NCBI GenBank assembly: GCA_949283975.1
Contig: CASDUK010000002.1
Location: 66,932-130,931, forward strand
Source of the DNA: an uncultured Bacillota bacterium
GTDB taxonomy: Bacteria; Bacillota; Clostridia; Christensenellales; UBA1242
Direction of reading: 5' to 3'
DNA length: 64,000 nt
Shown: positions 1 to 8,133 of the stretch, piece after piece
Position numbering within the stretch: position 1 is the first letter of the stretch
How the letters are laid out: each line of letters starts with the position of its first letter
The notes under the pieces: generated by a model
Seen by the model: only the letters and a program-made list of their open reading frames with translations
The model's database searches: none
What the model was told of the DNA's origin: nothing
Position numbers and translations under genes: made by a program

Positions 1-2788
1 TTTGAAGATTTCCGTTGTAAAAAGCTTTGTTTGAAAAATCAATTAACTCTTCATTCTTGCTTCGATAGTGATAGGTAATGTTTGCGCTGTTAAACCTTGA
101 AACCGCCAAATCCAACAAACTTTCAACTTCTAGCGCAGCTTGGGTTGAATAGTCAACCTCTTCGTCTATGTTGCTTCCCATATATCTTTTCATAAATGTT
201 GTAGTTGGCCTAAGCTGTTTTGCATCTCCTGCAACAACAACTCTTGAAGCTCTGAAGATTGATGGAATTGTGTTCTCAATAAAAACTTGAGAAGCCTCAT
301 CAAAAAGAACTATATCAAACATATTTTTAACAAGCGGAAGAAGGGTTGAAACGTTCTCTGGGGAAAGAAGCCAGCAAGGAAAAAGTTTAAAGAGATAGTC
401 TCCATAAACTTCCATTGTTTTTCTAATTGGCCAAAAGTTTTGTTTTTTGGAAATTTGATATAGATAGTCTTTGCTGCCCAAACTTCCGTCCATCATCTTC
501 TGATAGTCAACAATAAAACTTTGGTTTGCAATTGCTTTGCTAATTTGATTTTGCTGCTCTTTTAAAGCAACAATTTTTCCTCTAATATTCTCAAAATCAA
601 CAATTGAAGAAAGAACTTGTTTTTGTTTTTTCTCATAATCCAAAATTTCGTGATATATCCTAAGCGGCAAAAGCTTGTTTAAAATTTCAAGATATCTATT
701 GTAGGTTGTTGCATTTTTATATGCAAAATTTAAGACAAATTTTTGCTTATCTGTTAAATTTTTAAGCGTTGCGTTTATGTCGTTTAACTCAACATAATTT
801 TCAACAGCAGACAAAAGAAGTTTTAAAATGCTGTTGTTTCCGTTTAAAATTCCATCAATTGCCATTAAATAGCCGTCTTGCGTTAAAACTTCTTTTAAGA
901 ATTCATATTCGCTTAAATATTCGTCAATTGCTTCAATTGTTTGTTCAAATTCCTCTTCAATCTGTTTTTCAAGCCGATTCATCTTTGCCTTTGCAAACGG
1001 ATAAAGCGGAAAAACAACATGGCTAACAGAAAGAAACCTGTCCGCCGCCCTATGCTCAAATTTTGAAACCATTTTAATAAGCGGTTTTATGTTTTCCTTG
1101 TTTTTAACCTCTGTGTAATACGTTAAAATTTGGCGGCTAAACTTAAATTTTGCTGCGTCAAAAAGAACTTGCCTGCTTTTGCAAAGGTTTCTAAGCTTTG
1201 TTTGCGCTTCTGCAATTATGTGAACGCCAAGGCCAGCTTTTAAGTGGTCTATAAAAGGATTTTTCTTTTTGCTTTCAACAAAGTCGTAATAAAGCTCACA
1301 CTTGTTTTTCTCATCTAAAATGCTAAGCGCGCTGCTAAGTTCGCCGAAATTCATTTCTAAAAGTTTTTTACACGACAGCATTTTTTCATAAATTGAATAT
1401 TCAACAGAGTTTTTGCCAATTTTGTATGAATTGTAATACATTTCTTGAAGAGAAATTCCAAATGGCGTTTTCTCTGTTAAACATCTTGAAATTGTGTTTA
1501 ACCTTTCAATTTCTTGGTTTAATTTTTTTGAAATGTCTTCATATTGTTTTTGAAGCAAGGTGTTTTGCTCCTGATTTATAATCCCCTCATGCGCTTTAAG
1601 ACACCTTTCATAAAACGCTCGCCTTTCCTTTTCTGCGTCAACAATAAACATGGCCTTTGAATTTAAACTGCCAAGCCTGTTATAAACAACCTCTAAGGCA
1701 GCTTTCTTTTGGGAAACAACCAAAACTTTTTTCCCTTTACAAATTGCATCGGCAATAACATTTACAATTGTTTGGCTCTTTCCTGTTCCCGGAGGGCCAT
1801 AAATTACCATGTTTCCGCTTTCATTAACCTTTCTAACAACTTGTTCCTGAGCAAAATCAACATTGTTAATTAGATATAGATTCTGTTGCTTTTCTTTTTT
1901 CTTTTTGCGCCGTTTGGTGTTTAAAAGTTCATTTACGCTATCATTGGTTAAATGTCTTTTTTCAAGAGCCGAATAGTCGTTATAAATTGAATTTGCTAGG
2001 CTACACCTTGCAAGCAAACACAAGTTTTTAATCTCTGGCCCATCTCCTGCCCCTGGCTCGCCATAGCGAGAAAACGGAAAAACGTTCTTCCTTTGGGAAT
2101 TTGCAATTTTAATTCCAAAAGACCTTAAATAATCTAAAAGTTTTTGAAGGCTTTGAAATTTGGAGCGCATGTTTTCAAACTCCATTTCAAGATCTTCAAG
2201 ATTTAAATGATGGGAATCTGCAAAAGCAAGCATCAAAGCTTTGTTAAGCTGAACATTTTCACCATGCTTTAAGTTTATGTTAACATTGTTGTCGTCTATA
2301 ACATCAATTTCAATTGGAAACATTAAAAGCGGAGCTTTGAAGGAATAGTTCCTAATTGTTCCATAGACGAAAGGATAGCACAAAAACAGTTCATAGCGCC
2401 CGGTTTCCTTCTCAATTTCCTCAATTTCTCTTTTAAGTGCAACAAGATTTTTAACTTCTTGCTCAACAACTTTTTTTGAAAATTCTCGCTTGCTTCTTTC
2501 AAACTTTTGTTTATCTTTTTCATTCTCAAATTCGCGCTGAGGATATTTTTCGTCAACCTTGTTTGCCTTTAAAATTTCTGGCCGTGTTTCCTTGCTTATT
2601 AAATTAAAAACGGTTCCCTTCCCGCTCCAAACTTGTTCCAAAAACTGGGTTGCAAGTTCCTGATTGTGATATAAAATTCGCCCAACATCAAAGCCGTTTT
2701 TCTTTGTGAAACTTTTCAAATATAAACTTCTGTTTTTGCCGCTAATTTCAATTAGTCGTTCTTTGTAATATGTATATATGCTCTTCAT
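1..2788 (-). CDS. Superfamily 1 helicase (Upf1/DNA2-like, COG1112 type) with a DUF4011-like N-terminus. Only the first 929 codons are present; the C-terminus lies beyond the left edge.
   Basis: My own minus-strand translation from the ATG at 2788-2786 gives MKSIYTYYKERLIEISGKNRSLYLKSF... Motifs: Walker A VIYGPPGTGKSQT (about 1770-1812), motif II VLFDEASQV, motif III AGDAKQLRPT, and YRSKNEELIDFSNKAFYNGNL at the window edge. There is no in-frame stop down to position 1, which explains its absence from the ORF track. Confidence 0.8.
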   Translation of the reverse strand, partial: MKSIYTYYKERLIEISGKNRSLYLKSFTKKNGFDVGRILYHNQELATQFLEQVWSGKGTVFNLISKETRPEILKANKVDEKYPQREFENEKDKQKFERSKREFSKKVVEQEVKNLVALKREIEEIEKETGRYELFLCYPFVYGTIRNYSFKAPLLMFPIEIDVIDDNNVNINLKHGENVQLNKALMLAFADSHHLNLEDLEMEFENMRSKFQSLQKLLDYLRSFGIKIANSQRKNVFPFSRYGEPGAGDGPEIKNLCLLARCSLANSIYNDYSALEKRHLTNDSVNELLNTKRRKKKKEKQQNLYLINNVDFAQEQVVRKVNESGNMVIYGPPGTGKSQTIVNVIADAICKGKKVLVVSQKKAALEVVYNRLGSLNSKAMFIVDAEKERRAFYERCLKAHEGIINQEQNTLLQKQYEDISKKLNQEIERLNTISRCLTEKTPFGISLQEMYYNSYKIGKNSVEYSIYEKMLSCKKLLEMNFGELSSALSILDEKNKCELYYDFVESKKKNPFIDHLKAGLGVHIIAEAQTKLRNLCKSRQVLFDAAKFKFSRQILTYYTEVKNKENIKPLIKMVSKFEHRAADRFLSVSHVVFPLYPFAKAKMNRLEKQIEEEFEQTIEAIDEYLSEYEFLKEVLTQDGYLMAIDGILNGNNSILKLLLSAVENYVELNDINATLKNLTDKQKFVLNFAYKNATTYNRYLEILNKLLPLRIYHEILDYEKKQKQVLSSIVDFENIRGKIVALKEQQNQISKAIANQSFIVDYQKMMDGSLGSKDYLYQISKKQNFWPIRKTMEVYGDYLFKLFPCWLLSPENVSTLLPLVKNMFDIVLFDEASQVFIENTIPSIFRASRVVVAGDAKQLRPTTTFMKRYMGSNIDEEVDYSTQAALEVESLLDLAVSRFNSANITYHYRSKNEELIDFSNKAFYNGNLQ

Positions 2789-2962
2789 CTTTTCCTCAAA
2801 GTTTATTATATCACAAATATGCGCTATGGCAAGAATTTTTTGGCGCTTTTCTGCCCTTTTAAAATCTTAGTAGTTATCTGGTTTCATTTGCAACTTAAAA
2901 AAGATATTAAATTTTTTTGCCAAATAATTTTATTATGCTATCATAAAGCTAAGGAGAAAAAA

Positions 2963-3334
2963 ATGGCAAAATTTTTTAAATGTCAGATTTGCGGAAATAT
3001 AATAACAAAAATTGAGGACAGCGGCGTTAACGTTTTTTGCTGCGGGCAAAAAATGGAAGAACTTATTGCAAACACAACAGATGCCGCCCAGGAAAAACAT
3101 GTTCCAATTGTTAAAACAAACGGAAACGAAGTTGCTATAAATGTTGGAAGTGTTGCCCACCCTATGAGTGAGGAGCACAACATTTCTTTCATAGCAATAG
3201 AAACAAGTTTGGGCGTTCAAATAAAAAATCTAGCCCCAAATTCGCTTCCCGCTGTTAATTTTTTGCTTGCAGACAAAGAAAAAATTGAAGCTGTTTATGC
3301 ATATTGCAACTTACATGGTTTATGGAAGAATTGA
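2963..3334 (+). CDS. dfx: Desulfoferrodoxin (2Fe superoxide reductase)
   Basis: MAKFFKCQICGNII...VFCCGQKM (desulforedoxin-like Cys motif), EKHVPIV, VGSVAHPMSEEH, YCNLHGLWKN. AAGGAG Shine-Dalgarno (SD) 6 nt upstream of ATG 2963. The ORF-track start at 2819 adds 48 implausible residues. Confidence 0.85.
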   Translation: MAKFFKCQICGNIITKIEDSGVNVFCCGQKMEELIANTTDAAQEKHVPIVKTNGNEVAINVGSVAHPMSEEHNISFIAIETSLGVQIKNLAPNSLPAVNFLLADKEKIEAVYAYCNLHGLWKN

Positions 3335-4329
3335 TGGAAAATAAAACATATTTAGTAACAGGCGGGCTTGGGTTTATTGGCTCAAATTTTATAAAATATA
3401 TTTTAGAAAAATATCCAAATTCAAAAGTTGTCAATTTGGATCTTTGCACATATGCAGCAAATCCAAAATATTTAAAGGAATTAAAGGACGATTTGCGCTA
3501 TGTTTTTATTAAGGGCGACATTTCAAATTTAAGCCTCGTTAGAAAACTTTTTAAAAAGTTCAATTTTGATTACTGCATAAATTTTGCAGCTGAAAGCCAT
3601 GTTGACAACAGCGCGGCAAACCCAGCGCTCTTTACAAAAACAAATGTTTTAGGAACGGCAACTCTTCTTCAAGCTGCAAGAGAAGCTTGGGAAATTTCTG
3701 AGAGAACCTTTAAACCGGGAAAAAGGTTTTTACAAGTTTCAACAGATGAAGTTTATGGCTCAATTCAAAGAGGTTTTTTTAGCGAAAACTCCCCTCTTTT
3801 GCCAAAGAACATTTATTCTTCAACAAAAGCAGCGGCAGATTTAATTGTTAAAAGTTTTTATGAGGTGTATGGCTTGCCATGTTTAATTACAAGAAGTTGC
3901 AACAACTATGGGCCAAACCAAAACCAAGAAAAATTAATTCCGCGTTGCTTTAAAAACGCAAAAAATTTAAAACCAATTGAGATATATGGCGATGGAAATC
4001 AAATTAGAGATTGGATTTTTGTTTTAGACAATTGCGCAGCAATCGACCTTGTTTGCAAGCGCGGAAGGCTTGGCGAAATTTACAACATTGCTTCAAACGA
4101 TGAAAAAACAAACAACTTTGTAGCAAAAAAAATAATAAATTATGTAAATAAAAACATAAACTCTAAGTGCAACGAAAAACTAATTTCTCATGTTAAAGAT
4201 AGGCCTTCTCATGATTTTAGATATGGTCTGGACTGCGCTAAAATTTCTGGCGAACTTGGCTTTAAACCTAGAACAGTTTTTGAAGAGGGCCTTGAAAAAA
4301 CGCTAGATTGGTATAAGGAAAATATGTAA
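3334..4329 (+). CDS. rfbB: dTDP-glucose 4,6-dehydratase
   Basis: MENKTYLVTGGLGFIGSNF (Rossmann fold), YSSTKAAAD (YxxxK), typical RfbB length. ATG 3334 overlaps the dfx TGA (TGATG). Confidence 0.88.
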   Translation: MENKTYLVTGGLGFIGSNFIKYILEKYPNSKVVNLDLCTYAANPKYLKELKDDLRYVFIKGDISNLSLVRKLFKKFNFDYCINFAAESHVDNSAANPALFTKTNVLGTATLLQAAREAWEISERTFKPGKRFLQVSTDEVYGSIQRGFFSENSPLLPKNIYSSTKAAADLIVKSFYEVYGLPCLITRSCNNYGPNQNQEKLIPRCFKNAKNLKPIEIYGDGNQIRDWIFVLDNCAAIDLVCKRGRLGEIYNIASNDEKTNNFVAKKIINYVNKNINSKCNEKLISHVKDRPSHDFRYGLDCAKISGELGFKPRTVFEEGLEKTLDWYKENM

Positions 4330-4330
4330 G

Positions 4331-4362
4331 CAAATGCGCAAAATTGCGCATTTGTTTTTTTT
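4331..4362 (+). terminator. Intrinsic terminator after rfbB
   Basis: CAAATGCGCA-aaat-TGCGCATTTG followed by T8. Confidence 0.8.
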
Positions 4363-4415
4363 AAGCATCTGGGAAGATAACACGCTTAATTTTAATTTTT
4401 AAAAATTTGTTAAAA

Positions 4416-5354
4416 TTAGGTTTTTGGAAGTGCAAAAAGAACAATTTCGGTTGGATAGAGATTGCTTCCGTAATTTCTTAAATAAAATTTATAATTTTTA
4501 TTGTAAGAGTAAACAAGCTTTGCCAATTTAAAATAGTCTTCATTTTTATGATAAACGGACAGCAAAAGTTTTGGGCACTCATTTGCAATGTGGGTTTTTG
4601 CTCCTTTAACAGCTTTTTCCTCATCTCCTTCTATATCCATTTTTATCATTGTAATCTTTTCTTTAATATCCAAATCTAAGCTTGTTAATGGAACGCTCTT
4701 CCCGCAATTTTTTGTTGTTCTGTTTGCCGAAATATCATTCAAATTTTCTGAAAGAAAAATTTTGCCCGCCTTCTGGCCAACGGCCTTTGAAACAATTTCA
4801 ATTTTATCGTATGTTTTCAAATTTTCTTTTAGAGTTGGAATAATACCTTCTGTAATTTCATAACAATAAATTTTTTTGTAACAATCTTTTCCAAAAGTTT
4901 TAATAAAATCAATTGTCGAATCGCCAACATATGCTCCAACATCAACAAAAACTTCGCTTCTACAATTTCCAATTAAATTTAAATCAAAATAGTGTTTAAA
5001 ACACTTGGGTGAAATTGTTTGGCCAAGAGAAGTGAAATCATAGTAAACCCAGTTTCTTAAGATGGAAAACAGCAAAAATTTAGAGCTGTAATCCTCAAGT
5101 TTTTTATACAGCCAAACAAAATCCTTTAAATTTCTCTTTAAAACATTAACCTTAAGCTCAATTTCTTGAAAATTGCCCTCTTTTTCACAAAGACTTCCCC
5201 AAAAGTTAAATCTTTTAAAATATTCTTCCAAAATATTTTTATAATTAGAAGGCAAGAATTTAAAGTTGGAAACAATTTTGTTATATAATCTTTCAAAAGA
5301 TAGGCCATCAATTTCTTTAACCAAAGAATAAAATTTTTCGTCAACAAAGTTCAT
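4416..5354 (-). CDS. FkbM-family SAM-dependent methyltransferase
   Basis: VFVDVGAYVGDSTIDF and ITMIKMDIEGDEEKAVKGA match the FkbM (Methyltransf_21) pattern. GAAGGAGA SD. Confidence 0.7.
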   Translation of the reverse strand: MNFVDEKFYSLVKEIDGLSFERLYNKIVSNFKFLPSNYKNILEEYFKRFNFWGSLCEKEGNFQEIELKVNVLKRNLKDFVWLYKKLEDYSSKFLLFSILRNWVYYDFTSLGQTISPKCFKHYFDLNLIGNCRSEVFVDVGAYVGDSTIDFIKTFGKDCYKKIYCYEITEGIIPTLKENLKTYDKIEIVSKAVGQKAGKIFLSENLNDISANRTTKNCGKSVPLTSLDLDIKEKITMIKMDIEGDEEKAVKGAKTHIANECPKLLLSVYHKNEDYFKLAKLVYSYNKNYKFYLRNYGSNLYPTEIVLFALPKT

Positions 5355-5553
5355 ATCAAATCTCCTTCAAAAATATATATATGAAAAATTTGACTCAATC
5401 GTCTTTCCTCTCCGAAAAAATTAAGCAAAGCTTGTAATTGTTTATTGCAAACATGTCCCCTTTTTTTGTTCGGGTTGACGCTCCTTTTTTTTGCAAAAAA
5501 AGACAATTTTCGACAAAATTGCCTTTTGTGAATTTTTACCTAGTTAAAACTTA

Positions 5554-6132
5554 TTATTTTAATAATTCTAAAAGATTTTTAACAGCTTTTGCCCTGTGGG
5601 AAACAGAATTTTTTTCCTGCTCTGTTGCCTGGGCAAAGGTTTTTTTAAGTTCTTTTGAAAAAAACAGGCTGTCATAGCCAAAACCGTTTTCTCCAAGTTC
5701 CTGCTCTAATATTTTGCCATAAGCCTTTCCGCAAGCATGAATTTCTTTTCCATCTGGGAAAATTGCAACAAGGTCACACTGGAAGTGCGCCGAGCGATTG
5801 CTGCAATTTTTTAAGTCTTCCAACAATTTCTTTCTGTTTTCGCGGTCGTTCCCATACATGCCGGAATATCTTGCGCTGTAAATTCCCGGCCTTCCGCCAA
5901 GCAAGTCAACGCAAAGCCCGCTGTCATCACTTAAAACAATGTAATTTTTCCCTTTAAGGAAGTTTGAAACAGCTTTTGCCTTTATCTTTGCGTTTTCGTA
6001 AAACGATTTTCCGTTTTCATCAACCTCCAAGTTGCAACCAACAGCGCCCATTGGAAGAACGCAAAAATCTTTAAGCAGCGCTTGAAACTCTTCAACTTTG
6101 TGTTTATTGTTAGATGCAATTATAATTTCCAA
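5554..6132 (-). CDS. rdgB: Non-canonical purine NTP pyrophosphatase (RdgB/HAM1 family)
   Basis: IIIASNNKHKVEEF, SDDSGLCVDLLGGRPGIYSARY, GENGFGYDSLF. Apparent TTG start with a GAGAGG SD. Confidence 0.88.
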   Translation of the reverse strand: MEIIIASNNKHKVEEFQALLKDFCVLPMGAVGCNLEVDENGKSFYENAKIKAKAVSNFLKGKNYIVLSDDSGLCVDLLGGRPGIYSARYSGMYGNDRENRKKLLEDLKNCSNRSAHFQCDLVAIFPDGKEIHACGKAYGKILEQELGENGFGYDSLFFSKELKKTFAQATEQEKNSVSHRAKAVKNLLELLK

Positions 6133-6223
6133 ATTTAACCTCTCTTTTAGAATAACATAAATTCAATTTAAGTAGTAACAAATTCAACCTTTTTTTGTCA
6201 AATGAAAAATCTTATTAAAACTG

Positions 6224-6251
6224 TTGACAATTTTATAAAATGTGGTATCAT
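6224..6251 (+). promoter_or_regulatory. Sigma-70-type promoter for the asnA leader
   Basis: TTGACA (6224-6229), 16 nt spacer, TGgTATCAT (extended -10, hexamer 6246-6251). Confidence 0.6.
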
Positions 6252-6272
6252 AATTTATGAAAGGAAATTGAG

Positions 6273-6356
6273 ATGAAGCAGTTTTTAAATGTCAACAACA
6301 ATAATAATTTAAACACATTAAAAAGAATGGGTTTCAATTTTGTTGTTGAAAAATAA
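6273..6356 (+). CDS. Candidate Asn-rich leader peptide (27 aa) upstream of asnA
   Basis: atg...taa encodes MKQFLNVNNNNNLNTLKRMGFNFVVEK. 8 of 27 codons are Asn, five of them consecutive (6294-6308). Weak AAGGAA SD 7 nt upstream. Too short to appear in the ORF track. Confidence 0.5.
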   Translation: MKQFLNVNNNNNLNTLKRMGFNFVVEK

Positions 6357-6370
6357 GCTTTGTTTCTTAA

Positions 6371-6444
6371 CACTCTCTTGAAATCCAAGAGGGTGTAAAA
6401 TAAAATAAAACTAAGCGCCCTCTAAAGAGGGTGCTTTTTCTTTT
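6371..6444 (+). promoter_or_regulatory. Candidate attenuator: alternative hairpins plus an intrinsic terminator in the asnA 5' leader
   Basis: Helix A:B is 6371-6380 with 6386-6395 (10 bp). Helix C:D is 6415-6422 with 6427-6434 (8 bp, tetraloop), followed by TTTTTCTTTT at 6435-6444. B (AGAGGGTG) nearly duplicates D, so B:C pairing (6388-6395 with 6416-6423) competes with the terminator. Confidence 0.5.
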
Positions 6445-6583
6445 AAGGAGGATTGCATGATAAAGAAAAATGCCGTAGCGGGCGAAGGTTTAGTTAATTT
6501 TTAAATTTTAAGGACATTTTTAGCAGATTTTTTTGTTCCTTAAAAACAAGTAAAAAATTGCAAAAAATTTAAGGAGATAATTT

Positions 6584-7573
6584 ATGATTAAAGAAAAATA
6601 TGTTAAATTGGATATAATTGAAAAACAAAAATATATAAAATTTATAAAAGACAAATTTGAAAGAGCTCTTGCAAAAGAGCTTGGACTAACGCGTGTTTCT
6701 GCCCCAATTGTTGTAACTAAGGAAAGTGGGCTTCAAGATGATTTAAGCGGAACAGAGCGCGCAGTTTCCTTTGACATTGCCAAGGACGGAAAAGAACTTG
6801 AAATTGTTCAATCGCTTGCAAAGTGGAAAAGAATGGCTTTAAAAAAATATAAATTCCCCGCCCACAAAGGGCTTTACGCGGACATGACGGCAATTAGAAG
6901 AGACGACAAAGTAGACGAAACACATTCCATCTATGTTGACCAGTGGGACTGGGAAAAAGCTATTAAAAGGCAAGACAGAACTATTGAATATTTAAAAAGT
7001 AGTGTTAAAAAAATTGTAAAGGCAATTTCCGAAACAAGCAAGCGCTTAAAAACAAAGGGATTTGTTGGAAGCTCAATTTCAGAAGATGTCTTCTTTATAA
7101 CAAGCCAACAGCTTTTGGACATGTTCCCAACGCTTTCTGACAAGGAAAGAGAACATGAAATTACAAAAAAATATAAAACGGTTTTCATTATGCAAATTGG
7201 AGGTGATTTAAGCGATGGAAAGCCCCATGATTTAAGAGCGCCAGATTATGACGATTGGGCTTTGAACGGAGATTTGCTTTTCTATCATGAAGTGCTGGAC
7301 AAAGCTCTAGAAATTTCAAGCATGGGCATTAGGGTTGACAAAGAAAGCCTTCTCAGTCAAATTAAAAAAGCTGGAAAAATGGAAAGGCTTGACTACCCTT
7401 TCCACAAAGCTATTCTTTCAGACGAACTTCCTTTAACTATTGGAGGCGGAATTGGCCAAAGCAGGCTTTGCATGCTTCTTCTTGGAAGAGCCCACATTGG
7501 CGAAGTTCAGGCAAGTTACTGGGACAAGGAAACCTTGCGCAGCTGTGAAGAGCAAAAGATTGAACTTCTTTAA
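6584..7573 (+). CDS. asnA: Aspartate-ammonia ligase (asparagine synthetase A)
   Basis: SAPIVV..GLQDDLSG.ERAVSF, QSLAKWKR, THSIYVDQWDWE, GGGIGQSRLCMLLLGRAHIGEVQ. AAGGAGA SD. Confidence 0.93.
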   Translation: MIKEKYVKLDIIEKQKYIKFIKDKFERALAKELGLTRVSAPIVVTKESGLQDDLSGTERAVSFDIAKDGKELEIVQSLAKWKRMALKKYKFPAHKGLYADMTAIRRDDKVDETHSIYVDQWDWEKAIKRQDRTIEYLKSSVKKIVKAISETSKRLKTKGFVGSSISEDVFFITSQQLLDMFPTLSDKEREHEITKKYKTVFIMQIGGDLSDGKPHDLRAPDYDDWALNGDLLFYHEVLDKALEISSMGIRVDKESLLSQIKKAGKMERLDYPFHKAILSDELPLTIGGGIGQSRLCMLLLGRAHIGEVQASYWDKETLRSCEEQKIELL

Positions 7574-7596
7574 AAAATTAATAGGTTAAAAAAATT

Positions 7597-7633
7597 GCTG
7601 TAAACTTACTTTTAAAAGTTTACAGCGTTTTTT
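7597..7633. terminator. Bidirectional intrinsic terminator between asnA (+) and tRNA-Thr (-)
   Basis: GCTGTAAACTT (7597-7607) pairs with AAGTTTACAGC (7616-7626). A T-run follows on the + strand and an A-run precedes it (a U-run on the minus transcript). Confidence 0.75.
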
Positions 7634-7636
7634 AAC

Positions 7637-7711
7637 TGGAGCTGATGGCGGGAATCGGACCCGCGACCCCTTCCTTACCAAGGAAGTGCTCTACCCCTGA
7701 GCCACATCAGC
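7637..7711 (-). tRNA. tRNA-Thr (anticodon GGU), CCA encoded
   Basis: Hand-folded cloverleaf: GCTGATG/TG/GCTC-AGGGGTA-GAGC/A/CTTCC-TTGGTAA-GGAAG/GGGTC/GCGGG-TCCGATT-CCCGC/CATCAGC/T/CCA. The T-loop reads TCCGATT, so it has C at position 55 instead of the near-universal U. Confidence 0.8.
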
Positions 7712-7803
7712 ATTTGGAGAGAAAATTCTCTCCGTCCTAATTAACCGATATCCATAATCTAACCTCCTCCTTATTAATTAGCGGTGTTTTTTACTTGGTT
7801 TTC

Positions 7804-7843
7804 CCTTACCAAGGAAGTGCTCTACCCCTGAGCCACATCAGCA
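7804..7843 (-). pseudogene. Partial copy of tRNA-Thr (5' end through the anticodon loop)
   Basis: Exact 40-nt duplicate of 7673-7712, located 92 nt upstream (in tRNA orientation) of the intact gene. No 3' half follows it. Confidence 0.85.
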
Positions 7844-8078
7844 CGAACTAAATGGAGATTTTTTTGATGGTTTGAGGCGCTAATTTGCCATTTTTTTGTT
7901 TACCAAGGAAACAAGCTTTGCCTTGGCAAGCGCAGGTTTTTGCGTGTTTTGAAATGCTCTACTTAATTAAACAAAGAACGCGTTTTTTAAGAAAGCCCTC
8001 TGCATGCAAATTTGCAAGTGTTATTCACTGTTAAAATTTCTAATTTTGCAAAAAACTTTTCCACACAATGCAATTTGA

Positions 8079-8107
8079 ATTATAGCAAGTTTATGTTTGC
8101 CTGTCAA
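8079..8107 (-). promoter_or_regulatory. Consensus sigma-70 promoter reading toward the tRNA-Thr locus
   Basis: Minus strand: TTGACA (8107-8102), 17 nt spacer, TATAAT (8084-8079). Confidence 0.65.
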
Positions 8108-8133
8108 TTATTTTATCCATTCTAAATTGGGGT

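Noticed and set aside
1-2788. The lack of any long ORF in the track over the first 2.8 kb suggested a non-coding region, a pseudogene or an alternative genetic code.
   Set aside because: Manual translation of the minus strand gives an uninterrupted helicase frame from ATG 2788 to position 1. It is missing only because no stop codon falls inside the window. TGA is clearly a stop elsewhere. The track ORFs at 769-1026, 1393-1581 (+) and 2323-2556 (-) are out-of-frame or antisense shadows.
2819-2962. A 48-aa N-terminal extension of desulfoferrodoxin, as drawn in the ORF track.
   Set aside because: The extension is hydrophobic junk with no SD. ATG 2963 has an AAGGAG SD and gives the canonical Dfx N-terminus.
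6133-6583. T-box riboswitch upstream of asnA (and likewise upstream of cysS and lysS).
   Set aside because: I see no conserved T-box core (AAUUAGGGUGGUACCGCG-like) and no Stem I/specifier architecture. The leaders of cysS (43 nt) and lysS (about 114 nt) are too short.
7712-7803. Possibility that the tRNA-Thr half-copy plus spacer represents an intron-containing or split tRNA gene.
   Set aside because: The downstream gene is already complete and colinear. The 92-nt spacer is too short for a group I intron, and the half-copy lacks any matching 3' half.
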